DNA from: Escherichia phage ECO71P1 | Reading direction: 5' to 3' (one strand) | Length of the DNA: 64,000 nt | Sequence record: OP172789 | Shown here: in pieces, positions 8,816 to 16,431 of the stretch | Layout: each line of letters begins with the position of its first letter | How positions within the stretch are numbered: the stretch's first letter is position 1 | The notes under the pieces: model-generated | Seen by the model: only the letters and a program-made list of their open reading frames with translations | What the model was told of the DNA's origin: nothing | Database searches by the model: none | Position numbers and translations under genes: made by a program

Positions 8816-9999
8816 TGAACATTCCAGAATTTAATAATGAGCCAGTGATTCAGTTCAACGCGCAACAGATTGATGCCATCGAAAAGGCCGTTGCATGGTA
8901 CAAGCGATTGCAGGACGGTAAAACGACGAAGCGCGTGTTTTTCATCGCTGGCTATGCAGGAACAGGTAAAACCTCTATTGCGCGTGAGATTGTGCGCCGT
9001 TGTGTCGGTGAGTACGGTGCCATTTATATTGCGCCGACCGGAAAGGCAGCCAGCCGATTGAAGCAGAAAGGGTGTCGTGGCGCGAAGACACTTCACCAGT
9101 TCATCTATAACGTGCGCGGCGTAAATGACGACAATGAGCCAATATTTTCGAGAAAGTCAAAGCTGGACGAAAAGCCGCATCTTGTAGTCCTTGATGAAGC
9201 TTCAATGGTTGGCGAGTGGGATACAGAGCGCCTTCTTGATCACCGCATCCCTGTGCTGGCATTAGGCGACATTGGACAAGTCCCTCCGGTAAAAGCCGCC
9301 GCCTACTTTACTGAAGATGCCGTTGACGTACTGTTAACCGAAATCATGCGGCAAGGGAAAGAGTCCAACATAATCCGCGCTTCCTTCTTCGTGCGACAGG
9401 GCAACCGACTTCCTCCGCGTGAATACGATGACGTCAAGGTGTTGGCTGAATCGCCGCGCGTTACCGCACTGAAGAAATTCATGGGCGAAGATGATCAGAT
9501 TATTTGTTCATATAACAGCACCAAAGATAAATGGAATTCATTATTGCGGCAAGTGAGCGGACGTATAACGCCAATGCCAGGAATCGGTGAGAAAGTTATT
9601 TGCACATTCAACCAACACGGTCCAGGATTCTGTAATGGCGAGCAAGGGATTGTTATTAGTTATGAGCCAGTACCGGACTTTGAAAGGGATGAAGATGAGT
9701 CCAATGAAATAATGTATGTAAATTTGCGCTCGCTTACCGATGGCAAAGATATAAAGGTCAAGATAAATCCTCTTTCCTTCTCTACTGATCAGGAAGTGCG
9801 CAAAGAGGCTCAACGCGCTGTTGGAGGAATGGACTATGGCTATGTCATAACGGTGCACAAATCGCAAGGCAGCGAGTGGGATAATGTGTGCGTTCTGGAA
9901 GAAATCTTGCGCGGCGTTCCGTATGCCAAGATGATGTACACAGCCATCACCCGTGCTAAGAAGAATCTGACTGTGTACCGTGATTTGAAAGCGCGTTAA
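8815..9999 (+). CDS. Dda/RecD-like superfamily 1 DNA helicase
   Basis: Walker A GYAGTGKTS, Walker B VLDEASMV, C-terminal YVITVHKSQGSEWD motif. Confidence 0.75.
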   Translation: MNIPEFNNEPVIQFNAQQIDAIEKAVAWYKRLQDGKTTKRVFFIAGYAGTGKTSIAREIVRRCVGEYGAIYIAPTGKAASRLKQKGCRGAKTLHQFIYNVRGVNDDNEPIFSRKSKLDEKPHLVVLDEASMVGEWDTERLLDHRIPVLALGDIGQVPPVKAAAYFTEDAVDVLLTEIMRQGKESNIIRASFFVRQGNRLPPREYDDVKVLAESPRVTALKKFMGEDDQIICSYNSTKDKWNSLLRQVSGRITPMPGIGEKVICTFNQHGPGFCNGEQGIVISYEPVPDFERDEDESNEIMYVNLRSLTDGKDIKVKINPLSFSTDQEVRKEAQRAVGGMDYGYVITVHKSQGSEWDNVCVLEEILRGVPYAKMMYTAITRAKKNLTVYRDLKAR

Positions 10000-10152
10000 T
10001 GTTGACGTAAATTTACGAAAAATAAAACTGAAAATCAGTTTAATTAAAGTGGCATTGCCGCCAGAGTTTTTAGTTGCTACTGGCGGCGACTGAAGGCATA
10101 ATTAAGTTATCCCAAACGGGGAATATAAAATAAACTAATTTATTTAAGGACT

Positions 10153-10998
10153 GTGAATATGGCCGAAGCAATCAAAGTATTATCTAAAGAAGAAAAACAA
10201 GCAGCTGCAGCAGAACGTCGTCGCGTGGCTGAAGAAAAACGCCTGGCTAAAAAGAAAGAAGCCGAAGAAAAACGCCAGAAGCGTGAGCAGGAAAAACAAG
10301 CCAAGCGTGAAGAAGCTGCACTGAAACGCAAGCAGGCCGCTGATGAGAAAGCACAGAAACGTGCTGAAGAAGCAGCGAAGAAAGCCAAAGAGCGTGCAGA
10401 AAAAGCTGCTGCTAAGAAAGCAGAGCGTGAAGCCGCTAAAGCAGCAAAAGAAATCGAAAAGGCAAAGGCTAAAGAAGAAGCCAAGCGCCTGAAAGCTGAA
10501 CAAGCTGCTGCTAAGAAAGCAGAGCGTGATCAAGCCCGTGCTGCAGCGAAGGCCGAAAAAGAGAAGGCCAAAGAAGAAGCTAAAGCGAAACGCAAGGCAG
10601 AGCGTGAAGCTGCTAAGATTGCGGCTAAAGAAGCTGCAGAAAAGCAGAAAGAACAGCGTAAGAAAGAAGCTGAAGAACGTCGCAAAGCCATCGCAGAACG
10701 TAAGGCTGCTAAAAAGGCAAACGGTCAGCGTCGTGCAAAAGCAACCCACTTCATCTACACTGGCAATGGCCTGAGCCAGCCGCAAGAGCATTCCACCCGT
10801 GGACGCGTTCTGGCGGCGATCAAAGAAGGCGAAGTTGGCGTGGCGCAGTCTATCGATGAGCTGGGCGAAAAAGTTAAAGATCAACTGTTTGGCGCTTCCG
10901 TTCGCTCCTACCTGAGCAAGCTGGAAGAGATGGGCCACATCGAGTTTGTCGATGTTGAATCCAACGAAGATGCCGAAGACGGTGATCAAGCGGAATAA
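10153..10998 (+). CDS. Lys/Ala/Glu-rich charged repeat protein with C-terminal globular domain
   Basis: About 180 aa of KAE low-complexity repeats (AAKKAERE-type), then about 90 aa non-repetitive tail; AAGGA RBS. Confidence 0.6.
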   Translation: MNMAEAIKVLSKEEKQAAAAERRRVAEEKRLAKKKEAEEKRQKREQEKQAKREEAALKRKQAADEKAQKRAEEAAKKAKERAEKAAAKKAEREAAKAAKEIEKAKAKEEAKRLKAEQAAAKKAERDQARAAAKAEKEKAKEEAKAKRKAEREAAKIAAKEAAEKQKEQRKKEAEERRKAIAERKAAKKANGQRRAKATHFIYTGNGLSQPQEHSTRGRVLAAIKEGEVGVAQSIDELGEKVKDQLFGASVRSYLSKLEEMGHIEFVDVESNEDAEDGDQAE

Positions 10999-11025
10999 CC
11001 TTAGGACGGTTATGCAGCGGTAATT

Positions 11026-11052
11026 GACCCACACTTGTTGTGGGTCTTTTTT
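11026..11052 (+). terminator. rho-independent terminator
   Basis: GACCCACACTTGTTGTGGGTC hairpin followed by TTTTTT. Confidence 0.65.
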
Positions 11053-11130
11053 CATCTGTACTAAATAAAATGACTTGTTGCTGTAAAATAATTTAGCTAT
11101 TATACTTATCATATCACCCACAAAGGACAA

Positions 11131-12126
11131 ATGAACATGAAACAACCTGTAATGATTATCGGCGGCGGACTGGCAGGACTTATCACCGCTTGTCACTTCC
11201 CGAACTCTGTTGTGTACGAAGCAGGGGAACGAGCGCAACAGCACAAGGCGCTGCTACGCTTTCGCAGCGAAGAAGTAAGCCGTATTACCGGAATCCCTTT
11301 TAAGGCTGTGACAGTTGACAAGGCTGTGTATTTTCGCGGCCACTACTACCACGACCATTGCCCAATCAACCTTGCCAATATGTATTCCATGAAGGTCACC
11401 AATCAATTTGGCAGCCGTTCAATCATGAAGCTTAAGACTGCAACGCGTTATATTGCGCCTGATGACTTTTATGATCAGCTTGTCGACAAACTGGGTGACC
11501 GAATATTCTTTAATACTCCGGTTGATACTCTTTGCGGCTATAGCGAGACGCCAATCATCAACACGTCGCCGCTGCCAGTCATGATGAAGCTGGCTGGGAT
11601 TGATCAAAAGCTTGATTTCTCATTTGATAAAGCAAACATTCGTGTTTACCGCTTTAAGATTAAACGTAAGTGTGATTTGTATCAGACAATTTACTTCCCT
11701 GACTACTCCGTCAGAACTTACCGCGCATCAATTACTGGTGACACGCTTATCATTGAAACAATTCCTTTGGTCAGCGTGAGTGAAGCTGCAGTTGAAGCCG
11801 CTGGCGGCATCACTCGTTACCGTGACATGAAGCTGCGCGCAGAAGTCGACGAAGTGTTGACAGCCTTTGGCCTCTCATGGAGCGACATCGCTCTTGAAGA
11901 AGTTGAAAAGGTCGACCAGAAATATGGCAAGATTGTCGACATTCCGAAAGACTTGCGACACGCCCTACTCCTGCAGCTGACTATGGATTTGAACGTGTTC
12001 AGTGTCGGTCGATTTGCTACCTGGCGCAACATTTTGCTTGATGACGTTGCCCATGACCTTGTTGAAGTTGAAAAACTCATCAAAGCAAATAACTATCAAA
12101 AATTTGCTTATATTGCTAATAAATAA
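11131..12126 (+). CDS. FAD/NAD(P)-binding Rossmann-fold protein, function unknown
   Basis: N-terminal VMIIGGGLAGL dinucleotide-binding motif. Confidence 0.5.
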   Translation: MNMKQPVMIIGGGLAGLITACHFPNSVVYEAGERAQQHKALLRFRSEEVSRITGIPFKAVTVDKAVYFRGHYYHDHCPINLANMYSMKVTNQFGSRSIMKLKTATRYIAPDDFYDQLVDKLGDRIFFNTPVDTLCGYSETPIINTSPLPVMMKLAGIDQKLDFSFDKANIRVYRFKIKRKCDLYQTIYFPDYSVRTYRASITGDTLIIETIPLVSVSEAAVEAAGGITRYRDMKLRAEVDEVLTAFGLSWSDIALEEVEKVDQKYGKIVDIPKDLRHALLLQLTMDLNVFSVGRFATWRNILLDDVAHDLVEVEKLIKANNYQKFAYIANK

Positions 12127-12191
12127 TTTGCTTTCTGCTTCAATGGGCGTATACTTTAATCATTGAAGCAGAACTCATAGAGGAAACGAAA

Positions 12192-12638
12192 ATGAAACGA
12201 ATCACTGGAATCGCGCTTGCCGCTACTGCTATTCTCGGCACCATGTATATGGAAGCAACTGAAGCTGCCATCCGCACTTCCGATTCAGTCGCTGTTTACG
12301 ATTGCGAAGCGATGGACGGTAAGACCGCAGCAACGACTGGTGCGAAGATTACCACTTACATCGGTGTGAATGAGCAAGAAGGTCTGAATATTCAGATTCA
12401 GGGATTCACAGGGAAAGGTGCCAACCGTACTCCGTGGATGCAACGTTTCACTTTCGTCCAGCCTCGTTCAACTGGCGGCTTTATCAATCTGATTGGTGAA
12501 AACCGTTCTGGTGCAGAAATCTTTACATCAATGAGTTCTAATAATGAACCAAAGAAAAGTTTTCAGTTGCTTTATAACGCACAATTCGTTTATCATTGCA
12601 CCTTCTCTGGTGATCAGCAACTAGTGAATTACCGTTAA
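12192..12638 (+). CDS. secreted protein (signal peptide), function unknown
   Basis: MKRITGIALAATAILG hydrophobic leader; GAGGA RBS. Confidence 0.5.
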   Translation: MKRITGIALAATAILGTMYMEATEAAIRTSDSVAVYDCEAMDGKTAATTGAKITTYIGVNEQEGLNIQIQGFTGKGANRTPWMQRFTFVQPRSTGGFINLIGENRSGAEIFTSMSSNNEPKKSFQLLYNAQFVYHCTFSGDQQLVNYR

Positions 12639-12651
12639 TAGGACAATTAAA

Positions 12652-13425
12652 ATGAAAGTTGAATTAATTCGATACACCCAAGATGCACTTGACCTTTTGC
12701 TGGAAACAAAGAACACGCGCATGACTGGTAAGCCTGTCTCTGAGATGACGGAATCAGAGAAGCAAGAGCATTGGCGCTACATGCTTGATACAATCAAGTC
12801 ACCTTTTGACTTTGTGGACTATATCTTTGACATAACCGTTGTTTCAAAGAATATGACTCATCAGATGGTCCGAACACGCGCAGGCGCATATCAAGAACGC
12901 ACCAGTCGCGCTCAGGAATCTTCTGCATTTGATGCGATTCGCCCTAAAGCATTTGAGCACCCTGACGGCTCCACAAGCGAGCTTGGCGAGAAGTGGGATG
13001 ATGCGATGGCGACTATTGATGCCATATATCAAGAGCTTCGCGCGGCTGGCGCAGAGATTCAGGATGCGCGTGCCGTGTTGCCTTCTAATATGCAAACGCA
13101 TATCATGGCAAAGTTCAACTTGCGCACGCTGCAGCAGATGGCGTCAAACCGCTTGTGCACGCGCACTCAAGGCGAGTATCAAGAAGTATTCCGCGCAATG
13201 GTTGCGGAAGTCCTCAAGGTGCACCCGTGGGCTAATCCTTTGCTGCAGCCGCAATGCATCGGTATGGGTAAGTGTGCGTTTCCTCGTCACGGTAAAGCCC
13301 ATTGCCCTTGGTATCGTGATTGGATGGATACCACTGCACAGCAGGAAGAGTTGCGCATTCAGTTTTGGGATGCCGCGCCAATCACCAACAATCCAGTTGC
13401 TAAAGATGGAGTATCAAAAGGATGA
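12652..13425 (+). CDS. ThyX-like (flavin-dependent thymidylate synthase family) protein with variant signature
   Basis: HQMVRTRAGAYQERTSR resembles ThyX RHR-X7-S region but with RTR in place of RHR. Confidence 0.45.
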   Translation: MKVELIRYTQDALDLLLETKNTRMTGKPVSEMTESEKQEHWRYMLDTIKSPFDFVDYIFDITVVSKNMTHQMVRTRAGAYQERTSRAQESSAFDAIRPKAFEHPDGSTSELGEKWDDAMATIDAIYQELRAAGAEIQDARAVLPSNMQTHIMAKFNLRTLQQMASNRLCTRTQGEYQEVFRAMVAEVLKVHPWANPLLQPQCIGMGKCAFPRHGKAHCPWYRDWMDTTAQQEELRIQFWDAAPITNNPVAKDGVSKG

Positions 13426-14294
13426 GTTTTAAAAATAACCAAATCTTGAACGTATTCGACCTTGACGGAACTCTGTTTGATGACCGTTGGCGCTTAGACC
13501 GCATCAAGATTGCAGGTCCGTTGTCAGACTATGATGACTATCACAGCGGTATTGGTTATGATCAGTTCTATCCTCACATTGCAGCAGCAGTAGAGTCAGC
13601 ATCTCTTCGCGGTGAGGCGGTTGAATATTGGACTGCAAGGCCAGAAAAATACAGACAAGTGACTTTTGAACGTCTGGACAATGTTTTTCCTTTTGATGAA
13701 TTTACAATCAAGATGAGAGACTCTGGCGACAAACGTCCATCAACTATTATGAAATCTGAATGGCTATCGCACGCTTTGCGGCACGGCGATTATCGAATCA
13801 TCAATATATTCGACGACCGACAAGACGTACTCGCGCGGATGCAAGATGAAGCCTTGTATTATAATTCCGTTGCTCAAAATAAAATCGCTTTTACGTTTAA
13901 TCTTTGCAAGGCAGGTGAAGTGGTGCAACAATTAGCAATTGATCCAAGCGCAACGGGGCAAGAAGAGACTAAGGCTGTGGAAATTGAACAATCTCCGGCA
14001 ACCGCCGCCGATATTCTTGATGCGATGGCAGCAACCTTCCGTGAGCGCAACGCTGTCTATGGCGATAACGCTGTGATGGTAGGCCAGGTTATGCAGGTGC
14101 TTTTCCCTAATGGCGTAACGTTGAAAACGCCGGAAGACTACCACATGTGGCATCTGTTCGAGCTTAAGATTGTCAAGCTTACACGCTTTGCAATCAGCGG
14201 CCTGAAGCACGAAGACTCTATACACGACGATGGTGTTTACAGCGCCATGTGTGAACGTCTTGTCAACACCCATAATATTAATTTCAATAAATAG
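13422..14294 (+). CDS. HAD-superfamily phosphatase domain protein with extra C-terminal domain
   Basis: N-terminal VFDLDGTLFDD (DxDGT) motif; 290 aa. Confidence 0.5.
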   Translation: MSFKNNQILNVFDLDGTLFDDRWRLDRIKIAGPLSDYDDYHSGIGYDQFYPHIAAAVESASLRGEAVEYWTARPEKYRQVTFERLDNVFPFDEFTIKMRDSGDKRPSTIMKSEWLSHALRHGDYRIINIFDDRQDVLARMQDEALYYNSVAQNKIAFTFNLCKAGEVVQQLAIDPSATGQEETKAVEIEQSPATAADILDAMAATFRERNAVYGDNAVMVGQVMQVLFPNGVTLKTPEDYHMWHLFELKIVKLTRFAISGLKHEDSIHDDGVYSAMCERLVNTHNINFNK

Positions 14295-14359
14295 TTTACT
14301 TGTGCGTTTCGATGAGTTATATTTATCTCATCGAAACGAAGTCCAAAAAGGATAAATAA

Positions 14360-15043
14360 ATGAAAAAAGTAATTGTTGTAACTGGCTGCAATTCCGGTCT
14401 TGGTAAATCCATTTTTGACACCCTTGGCGCTTACGGTCACGAAGTTGTCGGTATTGATTTGGACAACGGTTATGACATCCGTAACGCGAAACAGATGAAA
14501 GAGCTTCTCTCTCAATACGACGTAGAGGGCTTGATCAACTGCGCTGGCGTCAACTCCAACAACTGGTTTGAAGACGTTAACTACGAAGAGTTTAATCGCG
14601 TTATGCACACCAACGCCTTCTCTTTCGTTAACACGACTCAGGCCGCGCTGAAAAGTCTTATTGACAACAAAGGTTTTGTGATCAACATCGTTTCCAACGC
14701 TGCGCATATTCCTATGACGTCCAGCTTGTGTTATAATGCTTCCAAGGCCGCTGCGCTTATGATTAGCAAGCAGATGGCTCACGAGCTTACGCCTAAATAC
14801 GGGATCACGGTCTTCTCTATTAGTCCTAACAAGTTGCGTGGCACTGGTATGTCTAAACAGATTGAAGATGCTGTTTGCGCGACTCGCGGCTGGACTCCTG
14901 AGTATGCTGCTGAATACCAGAAAAAGGCGTTGATGAATGGATTGGAGACTGAGCCGCAAGTAATTGCTGACTTCATTCGCCATATCTTAATTACGGGCGC
15001 ATGGCGCTTTATGTCTGGTACTGATATTCCATTTGGGAAATAA
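14360..15043 (+). CDS. short-chain dehydrogenase/reductase (SDR) family oxidoreductase
   Basis: VTGCNSGLGKS cofactor motif and YNASKAA catalytic YxxxK. Confidence 0.65.
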   Translation: MKKVIVVTGCNSGLGKSIFDTLGAYGHEVVGIDLDNGYDIRNAKQMKELLSQYDVEGLINCAGVNSNNWFEDVNYEEFNRVMHTNAFSFVNTTQAALKSLIDNKGFVINIVSNAAHIPMTSSLCYNASKAAALMISKQMAHELTPKYGITVFSISPNKLRGTGMSKQIEDAVCATRGWTPEYAAEYQKKALMNGLETEPQVIADFIRHILITGAWRFMSGTDIPFGK

Positions 15044-15046
15044 ATC

Positions 15047-15262
15047 ATGAACAAAGCCTGGGTAGCGGTAATCGGTTTAGTGCTTCTTGTTGTATTAGGA
15101 TACACAATCAAATTTGAAGTTCCAAATCCTGTTGAGCCTGACAAAAAGATTGTCGTTGAAGTCCCAGGCGCTAAAGGTGAATTACCAAAACCTAAATTTG
15201 AAGTTGTCACACCCGCTCCTGAAAAGCAACAGGACGAAGACAACACAGTAATTAATCAATAA
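15047..15262 (+). CDS. small membrane-anchored protein
   Basis: N-terminal VAVIGLVLLVVLGY hydrophobic segment; 71 aa. Confidence 0.4.
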   Translation: MNKAWVAVIGLVLLVVLGYTIKFEVPNPVEPDKKIVVEVPGAKGELPKPKFEVVTPAPEKQQDEDNTVINQ

Positions 15263-15282
15263 TATTTAATTAAGGAAACAAA

Positions 15283-15834
15283 ATGCCACACTTTAAAATT
15301 GAACAAATCGCCCTGTCAATTCCAGATGCTCAGCGTGCACAGGATTTTCTGGCTAAAATCGGCCTGACAGAATGGTTCCATGATCATGTTGTTGCTACTG
15401 GTCGCGTATTTGAAAATGACGAGTTTAAAGGTCGTCGCGACGATTGCACCAACGAAGCTGACTTGCGATTCAACTATCAGGCTGGCAACGGCACCGATGG
15501 CGGCGCTGGTAAGCCTCTTGAGCTTGAAATCCTTGACTACACAATGGGTTGCAACTGGATCAACGAAAACATCGACATGCTTGATGCGCACGATAATCAG
15601 GTCAGCCATCTTGGCATGCATGTGACTGCCGCTGAACTTGCTGAATGGCGTAAGTTCTTTAAAGAAGAAGGCATTCAGGTTGCGCAGGAAGTCGTAACTG
15701 ACTCTCACACCAACCCAAATATTGCTGGTCAGCGTCGTTACAACTATGTGATCTTTGATACGCGTGAAATCATCGGTGTCGACCTTAAGTTCATTGTGCG
15801 GTTGAATCAAGACGGTACTCCGTACACTGCATAA
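15283..15834 (+). CDS. hypothetical protein, possibly glyoxalase/VOC-like fold
   Basis: 183 aa; weak resemblance only; AAGGAAA RBS. Confidence 0.35.
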   Translation: MPHFKIEQIALSIPDAQRAQDFLAKIGLTEWFHDHVVATGRVFENDEFKGRRDDCTNEADLRFNYQAGNGTDGGAGKPLELEILDYTMGCNWINENIDMLDAHDNQVSHLGMHVTAAELAEWRKFFKEEGIQVAQEVVTDSHTNPNIAGQRRYNYVIFDTREIIGVDLKFIVRLNQDGTPYTA

Positions 15835-15849
15835 CGAATCGTGAATCTG

Positions 15850-15875
15850 TGGCCGTCCTAATGGGCGGCCTTTTT
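15850..15875 (+). terminator. rho-independent terminator
   Basis: GGCCGTCCTAATGGGCGGCC hairpin followed by TTTTT. Confidence 0.65.
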
Positions 15876-15888
15876 GTAGGAGGCCAAT

Positions 15889-16431
15889 GTGTTATTTCTT
15901 CCTTATGACTTCGAAACAACCGGATTAACCGTGCACCCGAAAGCGCCGCTTGGGATGCAGCCGCGCCCTATTGAATTTGCAGGCCTGTTGACGGACGGCA
16001 AAGAGATTCTTGAAACGTTCGAGTTCATAATCAACCCTGAAATCGTGATTGAAGAAATCATCACAAAGATTACCGGATTAACAAATGAAGACCTTGAGTG
16101 CAATCCGCCATTCATCAATTTTGTTCCGCAGCTAAAAGAAATCTTCAAGAAGACTGATGCCACTATCGCGCACAACCATGCGTTCGATAAGAACATTCTT
16201 GATTATGCACTACAGCGCGAAGGACTTACACTTGATGATGTTAATTTCCCAGAAATAAACATCTGTACAGTTGAGCAAACCTTGCCTATTTTTGGCCGAA
16301 GAGTTAAGCTTCAAGAGCTGTATGAATTATATTTCGGAAAATATGAACAGAAGCACCGTGCATTAGACGACGTAATATTACTGCACAAAGTCTGCCAACA
16401 AATTGGCGTATATGACATCTGGAGTAAATAA
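15889..16431 (+). CDS. DnaQ-like 3'-5' proofreading exonuclease
   Basis: Exo motifs DFETTG, HNHAFD, HRALDD; GTG start after AGGAGG. Confidence 0.8.
   Translation: MLFLPYDFETTGLTVHPKAPLGMQPRPIEFAGLLTDGKEILETFEFIINPEIVIEEIITKITGLTNEDLECNPPFINFVPQLKEIFKKTDATIAHNHAFDKNILDYALQREGLTLDDVNFPEINICTVEQTLPIFGRRVKLQELYELYFGKYEQKHRALDDVILLHKVCQQIGVYDIWSK

Noticed and set aside
10180-11244. 354 aa minus-strand ORF
   Set aside because: Antisense to the Lys/Ala/Glu repeat gene; its Phe/Leu/Cys-rich low-complexity translation is a mirror artefact of the repeat.
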